A stretch of 64,000 nucleotides of DNA from Mobula hypostoma (taxonomy: Eukaryota): positions 41,108,001-41,172,000 of the forward strand of contig NC_086097.1 in assembly GCF_963921235.1 (NCBI RefSeq), written 5' to 3'. The stretch's first letter is position 1. Each line of letters starts with the position of its first letter. The notes below the pieces were generated by a model. The model saw only the letters and a program-made list of their open reading frames with translations. It was not told the DNA's origin and did no database searches. A program made the translations under genes and the position numbers. Shown one piece after another: positions 1 through 14,019 of this stretch.

Positions 1-1887
1 GCATTGGTCATTTTAAAAAAAATCTGAAATGTGATTTTTAAAATTGTATTTCTTAAGTAAATAGACTGATGAAGAAATGTGTCGAATTGTGCTAAATTGT
101 CTTTTGGTCGGGGATACTTTGCAGTGGAATAGTGTAAAGAAAAGTTGCTTAGAATTACAGCTACGAACAATAGAACAAATATATTTTTATTGATGTGGAA
201 ATGTTGACTAAGAAGAACAAGGTCTGAGTAAATTCAGAGGTTGCTGCAGTACTTCATGTTCAGCAACTAATGACCTTGCATGTTGACTACATGACTCCAA
301 AACGAGATTGTTGAAAGATGTGTTGTGGGTGAAGCACTGCTTCAGTTCTCCCCCCGAGCATGAAGGAAATTTTGGTAGATGGTCCTGCTAATTCTGAAGT
401 GATTTGCTGGAGAAGAACCAATGTGGGACTTCAAGTTTGTCTAGTGCCAGAAATGAATCTACATCTCGTTGTGAATTCAGCAAGAAAATCAGATTGTTGC
501 AATGTGTGGCCTTGGGTAGGTGTGGTTGATGGTCAATACAAGACACAGTATGTTAACAGAAAGCTCAATTTTTGTAAAAGTAAAATCATTAAGTGCCTCT
601 TGTAAAGTTATTATGCTTTTTATGAAGTGCACTCTTCAAAGAGTTTATGGCAGCCTTTCTCATATTAATTGGTAAATTAGAGGGGATAAAATTCTAGGGG
701 AGGATCATGTTACAGGAGTTTGTACACAAGGAAGGTCACATATAGATCAAAAATGACATGAACAACCTTTAATGCCATACTTATTCAGCAGATCTTCCCA
801 GAGAATTCTTAAATTCACGTATGATACATCACTGCAGCAATGTTATCAATTAGGATGAGGGATGCACTTGTGTAAATAAGTACTGCTGGCTCTTTTAGAT
901 GTGTGAGGTGTTGCTGCATTTTCATGGCACAAACTCATTGCCAAACAGATTGTGAAGGGATACCTTGTCAAAAAAAATCAAGAAAACTTTTCTATGTTTG
1001 AAATTACCTGAGTCTTCATTCCTCTCGCATGGTTCAGCGGTATCATTTGACACAACATATTTCTGTACAGCTGCTCCAGTGTACTGATGTTGTTACAGAT
1101 AGACTGTGGCGCTCAAGAAATATATGGAGTGTCTGGACATTTTTGTGATCTGCCTCCAGCACTTTGGCTGCATCACTGTAATTGTCAAACAGGGAAATGT
1201 TCTTCCTCAGTAACATTTCACAAATCTTTCTGCTTGTGTATAGGTCTAACACACAACAGCACAAGTATTAATTAACCATCAACAGAGAAAAAAATTATAA
1301 ACATTTTAGAGAAATTTCATAACATTGATAATAGCATTTGGTTGCATCTTTTAATGTCAGCAGTATCTCAGTTAATAAAACTCCAGCCTTTTGAGGTGAC
1401 AGTTTTAACCCACTGCAATGACTTATCTATATAAAAACGTTAATTTGTCTTAGATGTTTGCACTTAACAAACATTTTGATCATTAATTGAGGGATGGGGG
1501 AAAAAGAGGATGAGAGGGAGGGTTGGTGAAGAGATGGTGTGAGACAACAATAGCACCATACTGTAGAATGCCAGATTTAAAATTATTGATTGAGAATATA
1601 ATTGAAACATTATCAACCTGCTGCTTCTTACAGGAGACAGCTTCACACTTTGCAATCCTTGCATGAAGCAGTGTTTCCTAATTTCTGCTGCCCAATTTGA
1701 GTGCTGCAGGTTTTTCGTAATTCTATACAATAAGAAATGTCCCATCAGTGAGGAATCAATATCATTCTGTAGGTCCATTGTGATATTCTGTGTCACTGGA
1801 GTAGGAACATGATATCTAAAGTGAGGAGTCCTCTGGCTTCCAAAGCACAGATCCATGGTTAATGTTCTATTTGGGCTTTTATTCGTA

Positions 1888-2921
1888 AAGAGGGCCTTTT
1901 CTAGTTGGCTGCCGGTGACTAGTGGTGTTCCTCAGGGATCAGTATTGGGGCCGCTACCTTTCACATTGCTTGTCAATGATTTAGATAATGGAATTGATGG
2001 CTTTGTGGCAAAGTTTGCAGATGATATGAAGAGAGGTGGAGGGGTAGGTAGTGTTGAGGAAGCAATGTGATTACAGTAGGACTCGGACAAATTGGAAGAA
2101 ACAGCAGAAAAGTGGCAGATGAAATACAGTGTTGGGAATTGTACAACAACGCATTTTAATAAAAGGAACAATAGTGCGGACTATTGTTTAAATGGGGAGA
2201 AGGTTCAAACATCAGAGGTGCAGAGGGAACTGGGAGTCCTCGTGCAAGACTCCCAGAAGGTTAATTTACAGGTTGAGTCTGTGGTAAAGAAGGCAAATGG
2301 AGTGTTGGCATTTATTTCAAGGGGAGTAGAATGTAAAAGCAAGGAGATAATGCTGAAGGCTATAAGACTCTAGTCAGGCTGCACTTGAAGTATTGTCAAC
2401 AGTTTTTGGCTCCATAGCTCAGAAAGGATATGTTGTCATTGGACAGAGTCCAGAGAAGGTTCACGAGGATGATCCTGGGAATGAAGGGGTTAACATGTGA
2501 GGCGCATTTGGCAGCTTTGCATCTGTACTCACTGGAATTTAGAAGAATGTGGGGGGTGGAGGTATCTCATTGAAACCTACCGAATGTTGAAAGGACTAGA
2601 TAGGGTGGATGTGGAGAGGATGTTTCCTGTGGTGCGAGTATCCAGAACTAGTGGGCACAGCCTCAAAATTTCGAAAAGAGGTAAGGAGAATTTTTTTTAG
2701 CCAGAGGGTGGTGAATCTGCCACACACTGCATTGGAGGCCCAGTCAGTGCATATATTTAACGCGGAAGTTGATCTTTTCCTGATCGGTCAGAACATCAAA
2801 GGAAATGGCGAGAAGGCAGGTGTATGGGGTTGAGTGGGATCCAGGATCAGTCATGATGGAATAATGGAGCAGACTCGATGGGCTGAATGGACTAATTCTG
2901 CTCCTATCTCTTATGGTCTTA
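1888..2921 (+). mobile_element. CR1-clade LINE, 5'-truncated, degraded RT C-terminus and 3' UTR
   Basis: Frames read WLPVTSGVPQGSVLGPL...VAKFADD and KWQMKYSVGNC; 3' end AATGGACTAATTCTGCTCCTATCTCTTATGGTCTT is shared with other copies in the window. Confidence 0.9.
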
Positions 2922-3040
2922 AATGCTGTATTAAAAATTGTAAATTAAGTGCAGTTACCTATGTAAGTTTTTTTTTAACTGGGCAGGTCTCCAAATCTAA
3001 GTTATAAAGAAGGCATTGATTAGTAACAGCTGGTGCAGCA

Positions 3041-3327
3041 GGGGCAGCACAGTAGCGTTGTGTTTAGCACAAGACTTCATAGTACAGGTGACCTGTGTTG
3101 AATTCCCACCGCTGCCTGTGAAGAGATATGTATGTTCTCCCTGTGTCTGCATGGTTTTTCTCCAGGTGCTGCAGTTCCCTCCCAAAGTCCAAAGACATAC
3201 CAGTTGATACGTTAATTGGTCACTGTAAATTGTCCCGTGATTACACTAGCGGTAAATCAGGGAATTGCTGGGTAACGTGGCTCAACGTGCCGGAGGGGCC
3301 TACTCCACACTGTATCTCCAAAAAAAA
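3041..3327 (+). mobile_element. tRNA-derived V-SINE (HE1-like)
   Basis: tRNA-like head with degenerate A/B boxes, V-domain-like core TCTCCCTGTGTCTGCATGGTTTTTCTCCAGGTGCT...CCAAAGA and GTTAATTGGTCACTGTAAATTGTCCC, A-rich tail; paralogs at 13087, 14020 and 27940. Confidence 0.8.
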
Positions 3328-3374
3328 GTGCTCCTGAAAAGGCCACTACCCTGTATCTCAGCCTGCGATGTTGT

Positions 3375-4330
3375 TCAAATGGAAATTTATCATCAAAGTA
3401 CATATATGTCACTATATACAACCCTGAGATTCATTTTCTTGCAGGCATACTCAAATCCATAATGGAATAGTATTCATAGTAGAATCAATGAAAGACCGAA
3501 ACCGGGCGTTCAGCCAGGGTAGAAAAGACATCAAACTGTGCAAGTACAAAAAGAAAGAAAGAATAATAAAGGAATAAACAATAAATATTGAGAACATGAG
3601 ATAAAGAGTCCATGGGTTGTGGGAACATTTCAAAGATGGGGCAAGTGAAGATGAGTGAAGTTAGCCCCTTTGGTTCAAGAGCCTGATTGTTGAGAAGAAG
3701 CAACTGTTTCTGAACCTGGTGTTGTGAGTCCTGAGGTTCCTGGATCTTCTTCCTGATGAGAGCATGAATCCAGGATCAGTGAAAAGAGAGTGTGACGTGG
3801 GTGATGGGGGTCACTGATGATGGATACTGCTTTCCTGTGATAATGCTCTTTGTAGATGTGCTCAATTGTGGAAAGGGCTTTACCAAGGATTAACTGGGCC
3901 ACATCTGTTACTTTGTGTAGGGTTTCCCGTTCAAGGCCACTGGTGTGTCCATACCAGGTTGTCATGCAATATGCTCTCCACCACACATCTGTAGAAGTTT
4001 GTCAAGGTTTAGATGTCATGCTGAACCTTCACAAATCCCTTAGGAAGTAGAGAAGCTGTTGTGCTTTCTTTGTAATTGCACTTATGTGCCGGGCACAGGA
4101 CAAGTCCTCAGAAATAATAACCCTGAGGAATTTAAAGTTGCTGACGCTCTGCGCTCTGATCCTGTGATGAGGATTGACTCATGGACCTCTGGTTTCCTTC
4201 TCCTGGAGTCAATAACCAGCTCTTTGGTCCTGCTGACATTGAGTAAGCGGTTTTTTTTTGGCACCACTCAGCTAGATGTTCATTCTCCCTCATGTATGCT
4301 GATCCATGGCCACCTTTGATTTGGCCTACA
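3375..4330 (-). mobile_element. Rex1/Babar-like LINE 3' fragment
   Basis: Minus frames LNVSRTKELVIDSRRRK and AYCMTTWYG...LHKVTDVAQLILGKALSTIEHIY match the Rex1-type RT C-terminus seen in other copies. Confidence 0.8.
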
Positions 4331-5072
4331 GTTCAGAAAAGGAAATGAAATAACGCCAAGGTGTCTGCCTATTTGAGGTGCTTTTTTCTAATTTGTATTG
4401 CTATTTTAGATGAGGGGTATATGTAATAAGGAGTGATGAAGCTGTCTACCTTATGTTGGAAATATGCAAATTTCAATCCTAATATAATGTTGTGAGCAGT
4501 GAATTTTGGAAAACTCCCAAATGGCTTGCCTCTTAGCTAACCATACCAAATTTTATTTTACTACAAAGTAATTTTGTCTGTTAATCCTGTGAGAATGAAT
4601 CGTTATTATTGCATTTAGAAGCAAAACACTAATTTAAACCATTGATTAAACCACAAATCTTTCTGTTTGTGTGTAGGCTTATTCAGAGCCTGAGCATGTT
4701 ATCATTAACAATGCCTCATAAATTGAGGTAGCCTCCAACCGTAGTATCCACATATCGAAAGAAAACGGAACACTATTCCACGCTGTGGAATATTCACGAT
4801 AGAGGAATTATTCTGGCTAGAAGATAATATGTAGAGGTGATTGGTAACATTTACGAAAATAACATACTATACAGATGGTGTATATATGTTTAACAATGTA
4901 TGTCCATACATTAGGAAGATATATATGCAAGGGAACAAACAGGAACTTAACAGGAGCAACTGTATAAATACTATGAGAGCAAGAACAGAACAGGGCCAAG
5001 GGTAATCTGGTAAATGACCCTTGACTTGGTGAAGCCATTTTACCAAGAAAAAGGTTGTAATGTCAAACCTAC

Positions 5073-5790
5073 AGAGTCATAAAGTAATGCATGGAACCAG
5101 GCTCTTCAGCCCAACTGCTTCATGCTGATCACGGTATCCTCCCTAATACATCTAATTGCCCACATTTGGCCCATAACCCTCCAAGCCCCCTTCCCTCCAT
5201 GTACCTATCCAAATGCCTCTGAAATATTGCATTTTTACCTGCCTCGACCACTTCCCCTCTAAGCTCATTCCAGGTACTCACTACTTCCTGTGTAGGGAAC
5301 TTACCTCATAAATCTCTCCCCTTTCATATTGTGTTTGTGCCCTCCAATTTTGGACTCTCCAGCCTTGGGGAAAAAAACTATCAGCATCCCCCTTATCCAT
5401 AACCTCATGTTTTTATACATTTCTGTGAGGTCATTGCTTATTCTGCTGCACTCTACGGAATAAAGAGCAAGTGCCAACCTCTCCCTATAGTTCAGGCCTT
5501 CTCGTCCAAGCAGCATCCTTGTCAATATCTCTTTTACCCCCTCCAGCATGACAATGTCTTTCCCATAATGGTACACAATGCTCCAAATACAACTTAATAA
5601 CTGCAAAATAATGTGCCTGATCCTAAATTTGATGCTCTGACTGATGAAGGCCAATATGCTAAATGCCTTCTTCACCATCCTGTATCCTTGCATGGTTGCA
5701 TTCTGCTAACTGTGCCCTTGTGTTCCCAGAACCCTCTGTTCCATAACATTCCTCAGTGCCTCTGCTCTTCAATATATAAGCCCTACCCTG
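5073..5790 (-). mobile_element. CR1-clade LINE 3' fragment, degraded
   Basis: ORF 5301-5693 MVKKAFSILAFISQSIKFR...LEGVKEILTRML...GLNYRERL resembles the CR1 ORF2 C-terminus. Confidence 0.8.
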
Positions 5791-7052
5791 ACTTGATTGT
5801 GTTTGGTGCAAGAGCGTTGATGTTCTTGTTGCCATTTGCGTGATTTGTTTCTTTGCATGTGGGGGGGGGGGCGTGGGTGTTGATGCTTTTTCCTTTGAAT
5901 GGGTTCCATAGTTTTCTTTGTTTCATGGCTGTCTGTAGAGAAGACGAATCTCGGGGTTGTATACTGCATACTTTGATAATAAATGTACTTTGATTCTTTT
6001 CAGTTACAAACCTACGGTTCTCATAATTACATGCAATTCATTGACATATCTACTCCTCAAGTTCCTACTGATTATGGAGGGAGGCCTTACAGAGGAAATA
6101 GAGGAGCTATTTCTAAGTTTCATCCAAATGTTCTTGTTGGATTATCCCTGAATAATATCCTCTCTAAGCACTGCTGTTGTGTTCTCCATTATCAAAAAGG
6201 CAATGCCTTCTCCACTCTTGCCTGTTCTTCTATCTCACCTGAAGCATCGGTATCCCAGAATACTGAACTATTAGTTCTTTCCTTTTCTCAACCATGTTTC
6301 TGTTGTGGCCACAATATCCTTGTTCCCAGAGGCAATCTACACCCTCAGTTCATCTGCCTTACCTGTGCATTGAAATAGATGCAATTTAAAGCAGTGGTCC
6401 TGTCTGAAATAATGCAAAACATATGGTCCCATTTGACCTTTTAATGTACACGTGGCTATCCTGACTGATAGGCTTACACTCTTTGCTTGCTGCATGTACC
6501 CCTATATTCTCACTGACTTTTCTCTCTAAAGTCCCAACCTTGCCAATCGAGTTTCAACCCTCCCTGGGTTATTACTGTAAGTTATAATTTTTTAAAAATT
6601 GTGCAATGGAGTATAGTGTGCATGGACTGTTCAGAAATGTGATGGTGGAGGGGAGGAAGCTGCAGAAATTGCTGTCATATGGTGATCAGTTCCCCTTAGC
6701 TCAACAGAAATGCCAAGAGGAATGTAGCTTTACAACCTCCTGAGCCTGTTCCATATGGGAAAGGACTGTGTACAGCTATCACTCTTGCAAAGACTGCATG
6801 TGGCCAAGCGTTCAGCAAGGTTACAAGGGATTACAGTGTTTCAGACATTCAACAAGGAGAAGCATAATTCAGTCTCTTGGCTAATGGTCCAGGAGATTAC
6901 CAGATTTGAAGCAGCGGTGTCCCTGGCAAATAACTCAGTTGAGATTGGAAGTAGAATAACATGTAACTTAACCTGTCTTCAGACGACGTGCCCATGTAAG
7001 AGATGATCCAGAGCGGATCTTCAGATGTGAAACATGATGATCAGAGCAGAAT

Positions 7053-8525
7053 ATGGTGGATAAATCTCCTGGACCTGATGGAGTGCACTTTCGGGTTCTG
7101 AAGGAAGTAGCTGGAGAGATTGCGGAGGTGCTAATGATGATCTTTCAAGAATTGAAAGATCCTGGCATTGTACCAGATGACTGGAAAATTGCAAATGTTA
7201 CTCCGCTATTTAAGAAGGGTTGGGAGGCAGCAGAAAGGAAACTATATACCTGTTAGCCTGACATCAGTGGTTGTGAAGTTGTTGGAATCAATTTTTAGGG
7301 ATGAGATTACGGCGTACCTGGAGGCACATGACAAGGTAGGCCAAAGCCAGCATGGTTTCCTGAAAGGAAGATCCTGCCTGACAAACCTACTGCAATTCTT
7401 TGAAGAAATTACAAGCAGGGTAGACAAAGGAGATGCAGTAGATGTGGTGTACTTGAATTTTCAGAAGGCCTTTGACAAGGTGCTGCACATGAGACTGCTT
7501 AGCAAGATAAAAGCCCATGGAATTACAGGGAAGCTACTACTGTGGGTGGAGTATTGGCTGGTCAGCAGAAAACAGAGAGTGGGAGTAAAGGGATCCTATT
7601 CTGGCTGGCTGCCGGTTACCAGTGGAGTTCCAGAGGGATTGGTGTTGGGACTGTTACTTTTTACGATGTATGTCAATGATTTGGACTATGGTATTAAGGG
7701 ATTTGTGGCTAAATTTGCTGATGATACAAAGATAGATGGAGGAGCGGGTAGTGTTGAGGAAACAGAGAGCCTGCAGAGAGACTTAGATAGTTTAGGGGAA
7801 TGGGCAAAGAAGTGGCAAATGAAGTACAATGTTGGAAAGTGTATGGTCATGCACTTTGGTGGAAGAAATAAATGGGTAGACTATTATTTAGATGGGGAGA
7901 GAATTCAAAATGCAGAGATGCAAAGAGACTTGAGAGTCCTTGTACAAGATACCCTAAAGGTTAACCAGCAAGTTGAGTCGGTTGTGAAGAAGGTGAATGC
8001 AATGTTGGCATTCATTTCTAGAGGTATAGAATATAGGAGCCGGGATGTGATGTTGAGGCTCTATAAGGCACTTGTGAGACCACACTTGGAGTATTGTGTG
8101 CAGTTTTGGGTTCCTTGTTTTAGAAAGTATATACTGACATTGGAGAGTGTTCGGAGAGGCTTCACGAGAATGATTCCAGGAATGAGAAGATTACCATATG
8201 AGGAATGCCTGGCAGCTCCTGGGCTGTATTCCCTGGAGTTCAGGAGAATGAAGGGGGATCTCATAGAAAATTCCAAATGTTAAAAGGCCTGAACAGATTA
8301 GATATGGCGAAGTTATTTCCCATGGTAGGGGATTCTAGGACAAGAGGGCACGACTTCAGGATTGAAGGACATCCTTTTAGAACAGAGATGCGGAGAAATT
8401 ACTTTAGTCAGAGGGTAGTAAATCTGTGGAATTTGTTGCCACGAGCGGCTGTGGAGGCCAAGTCATTTGGTGTATTTAAGGCAGAGATAGATAGGTTCTT
8501 GATTAACCAAGGCATCAAAGGATGA
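7053..8525 (+). pseudogene. CR1 ORF2 reverse transcriptase, two frameshifts (ORFs 7053-7256, 7168-8283, 8205-8525)
   Basis: Motifs KSPGPDG, DWKIANVTPLFKKG, PVSLTSVVVKLLE, QHGFLKGRSCLTNL, YLNFQKAFDKV, SGVPEGLVLG, KFADDTK, RPHLEYCVQFW. Confidence 0.93.
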
Positions 8526-8633
8526 AAGCAGGGGAGTGGGGATGACTGGGTGAAGTAGATCAGCCCATGATTGAATGGCAAAGCGGACGATGGGTCGAAT
8601 GGCCTACTTCTGCTGCTATATCTTATGGTCTTA
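7053..8633 (+). mobile_element. CR1-clade LINE, 5'-truncated, relatively young
   Basis: Continuous CR1 ORF2 homology from KSPGPDG to the C-terminus, then a 3' UTR ending TCTTATGGTCTT. Confidence 0.95.
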
Positions 8634-8805
8634 ATGTCTAATATTTGCACCTGCTGACAGAAGGTATTTCCTACAAGGCTTAAAGTCATAGAGAACTTAA
8701 TAATAAATGTCACACCTTGAAAAAAGAAAATAAAATCAAGTGTGTACTAGTGCTTCCTTCAGACTTTCGTAATCCTATGCAAAGAGAGAATATTTGGATG
8801 ACAGA

Positions 8806-9531
8806 ATTGATGACGTTGTGGCCAAGTTTGCTATGATACACAGGTAGGTAGAGGGCCAGGGAGCTTTATGGAAGCAGAGAGGCTACAGAAAGACTTAGAG
8901 AGATTAGGTGAAGGTGCAAAGAGTAGCAGATGGAATACAGTGTCAGGAAGTATGTAGACATACACTTTGGTAGAAGAAGTAAAAATACAGTCTTCTAAAT
9001 GGGGAGAAATTTCAAAAATGGGCCCCTTATCGAAGAAAGGACGCCCTCATTGGAGAGGATTCAAAGGAGGTTCAGGAAAACATTTCCGGGATTGAAAGGC
9101 TTGTCAGATGAGGAGTGTTTGATGGGTTTGGGCCTGTACTCACTGGAATTTAGAAGAATGAGGGGTGGGAAATCTCATCGAATCCTATCGAATGTTAAAA
9201 AGCCTTGATAACAGTGGATATGGAGAGGATGTTTCCTATGGTGGGGGAGCCTTAGAACACATAATTCAGCAATAGAACAGAGCTGAGGAAGCATTTCTTT
9301 CACCAGAGTGTTAAACCTGTGGAATTCGTTGCCACAGGTGGTTGTGGTGCCCAAGTCACTGGGTAGATTTAAAGCCGGGGTTGATAGATTCTTGATTGGT
9401 CAGAGCATGAGGGATATGGAGAGAAGGCAGCAGATTGGGGTTGAGAGGGAAATTGATCTGCCATTAAGAAATGTTGGAGCAGACTCAATGGGCCAAATGA
9501 CCTAATTCTGGTCCTATATCTTATGGTCTTA
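8806..9531 (+). mobile_element. CR1-clade LINE fragment with internal deletion
   Basis: GTGGCCAAGTTTGCTATGATACA (KFADDT remnant), LERIQRRFRK...GLYSLEFRRMRG, standard CR1 3' end. Confidence 0.85.
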
Positions 9532-9637
9532 TTTATTTCATACCTGCTCTGAACTAAGCCTCCATCAACTACAGAGTTTAGCCTCCAGGAAGCCTCAGTA
9601 TGTGAATGCCATCACACATCAATGAGAGACAATGAAA

Positions 9638-10137
9638 TAACACAAAAGAGATTCTGCAGATGCTGAAAATCCAGAGTGACACATACAAATGCTGGAGGAA
9701 TTTCGCAGTGTCTGTGGGGAAAAATGAAGAGATCCTTCATCAACACAGGGAAGGAAAGGGAAGCTGTCAGAATAAGAAGATTGGGGGAGGGTAACGAGTA
9801 CAAGCTGGAAGGTGATAGGTGAAGTCAAATGAGGAGGATGGTAGGTGGGTGGAGGATGGAGGACTATGTGAGAAGCTTGCAGGTGATTGGTGGAAAACCT
9901 GAAGGGCTGATGGAAGCGGAGAGCGGACCATGGGAGAAAGGAAAGGAGCAGGGCCACTGGGGGTGGTGAGGTGGTGGTGACAGGCAGGCGAGGAGAAAAG
10001 AAGAGTTTAGAGGGGAGCTAGAATGGGGAATGGAAAAGGACAGATTGAGGATGTCATGTTAGGGGCTACTCAAAGGGAATATGAAGTGTTGCTCTTCCAA
10101 TCTGAGAGTGGCCTTATTGTTACAGTAAAGGAGAGTG
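9638..10137 (-). mobile_element. Penelope-like element 3' part, degraded
   Basis: Collinear with 23734-24412: same tail, purine-rich UTR (on +) and remnant LLYCNNKATLRLEEQHFIF; hammerhead partly deleted. Confidence 0.8.
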
Positions 10138-10640
10138 CAGTACAGTAAAAGTTTTTCATCTATTGCACTTAATAGTTTAGCCACTTCAAACACATCTTCA
10201 CCTCGGAAATAGGCAGCTTTGCTACTTCAACAAGTGTAGAAAACAGTCAAAACGCAGACTAGGAGGATCATGCCCCACTGAGGCAGCTAACGTCTGCTTA
10301 AGTGGAGATAAAATCAAATGGGTTGATCGAATGAGTTCACTCAGCATGTAAAGAACGCAAATGCAAGATTAATGGAATGGTACACAGTCTCTGCACAATA
10401 GGAGCATCATCTTAATGGCTATATCGCTTCTAAGAGGCGGAATATTTTATTTATTTGGGGTGGTGAAAAGGATGAAAGTAAGACGATAGAGAAGTAGAGA
10501 GGACTTTGGGGGACATTATTCAATGTGAAAGTCGGAAGAGTGATTGGGCAGATGATCGGCGAAGACCTGTGCATTGACTGCACATGTCACAGAAGAGCTT
10601 AGAGGCATCTACTTGGCGAAGAACCCTGCTAAAGCAAATA

Positions 10641-10742
10641 GCCCTGATGAAGAGTCTCAGCCCAACTTGTCTGACCTGCTGATTTCCTCCGGTATTTTGT
10701 GTTTATTACTCCGGATTTCCATCATCTGTAGAATCTCTTGTA
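10641..10742 (+). mobile_element. Short PLE 3' repeat with broken hammerhead
   Basis: CCCTGATGAAGAGTCTCAGCCCAA followed by the family tail CTGACCTGCTGATTTCCTCC...CATCTGTAGAATCTCTTG. Confidence 0.75.
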
Positions 10743-11049
10743 TCTCTGACTCAATCTGAGAATTGGGATGGGGGCGGAGGGCACAAAAACAGTAATAGCT
10801 TGATAAACTTGCTATTTATTTATAAGACAGCAATGGATGCAAAAGGGCATTTGAAAACCATGCCATCTTATTCTGCAAACAAAGGTCTATACAGATTCCC
10901 GCATTCTGGAAGATATGGGAAGACAAGGAACCCGACAATCTCCTCAATGTCTACGTCTGTGGGAGGTTCGCTCAGGTTCGGCTCCTGACAAACTAGATCA
11001 AGGAAATGGAGCTGGGTCTGGAGTTACACAGTATCATCTGGGAAACTGA

Positions 11050-12230
11050 AAGTCACAGACTTGCTGAGGAGTGATCACGTCCAAGGGACCAATTTCAGAT
11101 CGATGGCTGATTGTCAAGAGAAGGAAGCAGAGAAGGCAGTCAGTGCAGGGACTCCTTGGCCATCCCCTTCACAAATAGATAGACCTCATTGAGTGTGATG
11201 GTCTTTCTAGGGTGAGCAGTAGTAGTCCAGTCTTTGGCACTGTAATTTGCTCTGACAGTCAGAGGAAAAGTGTACAGTATGATAGGGCAATAATGATAGG
11301 AGACTAGATGGTGAGAGGTGACGGCAAAAGAGATGCCAGGGTGGGGTGTGCCTCTCTCAGGTACCAGTGTCAAGAATACCTCAGAGCAGCTACAGAAAAT
11401 TTGAGGATGGGGTGAGCAAGCAGCAGAGGTCATCCACTTTGGAAGGAAAAACAAAAGAGCAGATTATTATTTAAATAGCAAAAAAATTCAACATGCTGCT
11501 GTGCAGAGGGACTTGGGAGTGTTGGTGCATAAATCACAAAAAATTGGCTTGCTGCTGCAGCAGGCTGTCGAGAAGTCAAATGGAATGTTGGCCTTCATTG
11601 CTAGAGGGATTGAATTTAATAACAGGGAGGTTATGCTGCAACTGTACAGGGTACTGGCGAGGCCACACCTGGAGTACTGTGTGCAGTTCTGGTCTCCATA
11701 CTTAAAAGATGTACTAGCTTTAGAGGTGTTGCAGAGGAGGTTCACTGGGTTGACTCCAGAGATGAGGAGGGTTAGCCTATGAGGAGAGATTGAGTCGCCT
11801 GGGTCTTCTGAAATATACTGGAATTCAGAAGAATAAGAGGAGATCTTATAGAAACATATAAAATTATGAAAGGGATAGATAAGATAGAGGCAACAAAGTT
11901 GTTTCCACTGGTAGATGAAACTAGAACTAGGGGACATAGCCTCAACATTTGGGGGAGTAGATTTAGGATGGAGATGAGGAGGAACTACTTTTCCCAGAGA
12001 ATGGTGAATCTATGGAATTCTTTGCCCAATGAAGCAGTGAAGGCTACCTCAGTAAGTATACTTAAGACAAGGTTGGATAGATTTTTGCACAGCAGGGGAA
12101 TTAAGGGTTATGGGGAAAAGGTGGGTAGGTGGAGATGAGTTCGTGGCCAAACAGCCATGATCTTATTGAATGGGAGAGCAGGCTTGATGGGCCAGATGGC
12201 CTACTCCTGCTACTATTTCTTATGTTCTTG
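11050..12230 (+). mobile_element. CR1-clade LINE: possible ORF1 remnants joined to ORF2 C-terminus and 3' UTR
   Basis: QRDLGVLVHKS...RPHLEYCVQFWSPYLKD and TRTRGHSL...FSQRMVNLWNSLP; tail ATTTCTTATGTTCTTGTTC. The ORF1 assignment of 11050-11430 is tentative. Confidence 0.85.
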
Positions 12231-13086
12231 TTCATATTTCATTGTATATATTGACACAAATAATGTAGGTTGAGCAAGCAATGAGGTCCTAAAGGTTGAG
12301 TGCAGAGAGTTAGGTAAGAAATTAAAATGCAGGACCTCAAAACCCCCATCACCCAGGAAATGCCCTCTTCTCATTGCTACCATAATAGCAGAGGTACTGG
12401 AGCTTGAAGACACATACTTAATGTTTCAGGATTAGCTGCTTCACCTCTGCCTTCAGATTTCTGAATGGACAATGAACCCATTGAAGCTACCTTATTATTT
12501 TTTTGCTCTCTTTTTGCACTAGGTATTTATTTTCTTATTGTAATCTATACTTTTTAAAATTATGTACAGCAATGTGCTGCTGCCGCTAAACGATAAATTT
12601 AATGATGTATGCCAGTGATATTAAACCCAGTTATGATTCTGGGGGTTGTGATTTGCAGATTATTTGCACTGCCACATGCTATTGAGTCCAAGTAAAGAAT
12701 GATAGGTCAGATGATTGTGTGGCTGAAGAGAGGGTGCAAGGTGCATGGGGGGGAAATTCAGGTTCATTGATCACTGGTAGAGAGGTACAGGGATGAGGTA
12801 GATTGTCTGGTTGAGTAGTGTTACAGACAATAGGTGCAGGAGTAGGCCATTCGGCCCTTCAAGCCAACAGAGTTCAGATTCATTTATTTATTATATGTGC
12901 TTTGAAATGTGAGGTGAAATATGTCACTTATCTCAACAACCAACAAAACTGAAGGATGTGGTGGGACAAAATAACTATTCCAGCACCAACATAGCATGCG
13001 CACAATGTTCAGCTGACAACACAAAGAAAATATCATTCCCGAAACAAGCCTCTATCGTCCCTCCCTCTCACGCACTCACACATTCA

Positions 13087-13380
13087 GGGTAGCACGGTAG
13101 CATAGTGGTTAGCACAACGCTTTACACTACAGGCAACAGGGGGTCAATTCCCACTGCTGCCTGTAAGGGATTTGTACGTTCTCCCCATGCCCACGTGGGT
13201 TTCCTCCAGGTGCTCTGGTTTTCTCCCACAGTCCAAAGATGTACTGGTTGGTAGGTTAATTGTTCATTGTAAATTGCCCCATGATTTGGTTAGGGTTAAA
13301 TTGGGGGACTGCTGGCTGGTGTGGCTCGAAGGGCCAGAAGGGCCTATTCTGCTCTGTGTCTCAAGAAATAAGTTAATAAA
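13087..13380 (+). mobile_element. tRNA-derived V-SINE (HE1-like)
   Basis: A box TAGCATAGTGG, B box-like GGTCAATTCCC, V-domain GTGGGTTTCCTCCAGGTGCTCTGGTTTTCTCCCACAGTCCAAAGA, AATAA tail. Confidence 0.85.
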
Positions 13381-14019
13381 CAGATAGTCCTCCAACTCAA
13401 GGACAGGTCACCTCTGGTCCTTCAGACATTTCAACTCTGACTTTGCCCAGTAGACTCGTAAACTCGCAGATCCAAAGCTTCAGCCATTGGACATGTCTGG
13501 GCTCACCGACTTCGGTCTTTGACCTTCTGACTTCAATCTTTGGTCTCGACCCCAGAACCCACTGATTCCAGGCCTCAAAACTTCATACTCGCTGGTTACA
13601 GAACCCTGAACTCCAGACTTGACAACTCACTGACCAATCTCCTTACACTACCTCCAAGTCTGGTGGAAGTTACAAGACTCTTGACCTTTGCTGAAGCTGG
13701 CCAAACTAACTTTTACTTTATCAGCTTTGGTTGCTTCTCCTATATCTGTTCCTCAGCACTCTCCTTCTGCTGTTTTTCCTTCCCCAAAGGCCAATACGTT
13801 ATCGGTCATGGTCTGCTCTATCTGACATCTTGAGCTCAGTGGAACTCTCCTCAACAAACTCTACATTTTTTGCATCCAGCATCCTTAAAGTTTTGCATTT
13901 TCAGCATCTTTGTAAGATAGTGAAGCCTCTTCATTCAAATCTCTTGGATCGAAGAACATCTTCAGCTTGCCACTTGGTTTCTCTACACATACCAAGTGGA
14001 TACCCAGTGGGTAGACATC

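Noticed and set aside
1..1880. Short ORFs in the AT-rich start of the window
   Set aside because: No homology or consistent splice structure recognisable.
5983..6378. 131-aa ORF
   Set aside because: No recognisable domain; overlaps repeat-derived sequence; length compatible with chance.
7168..8283. 371-aa ORF as a functional gene
   Set aside because: 5'-truncated CR1 RT with frameshifts at both ends and degraded motifs (PEG for PQG, LNF for LDF).
13087..13160. tRNA gene
   Set aside because: A/B boxes belong to a V-SINE head; no cloverleaf and directly followed by the V-domain.
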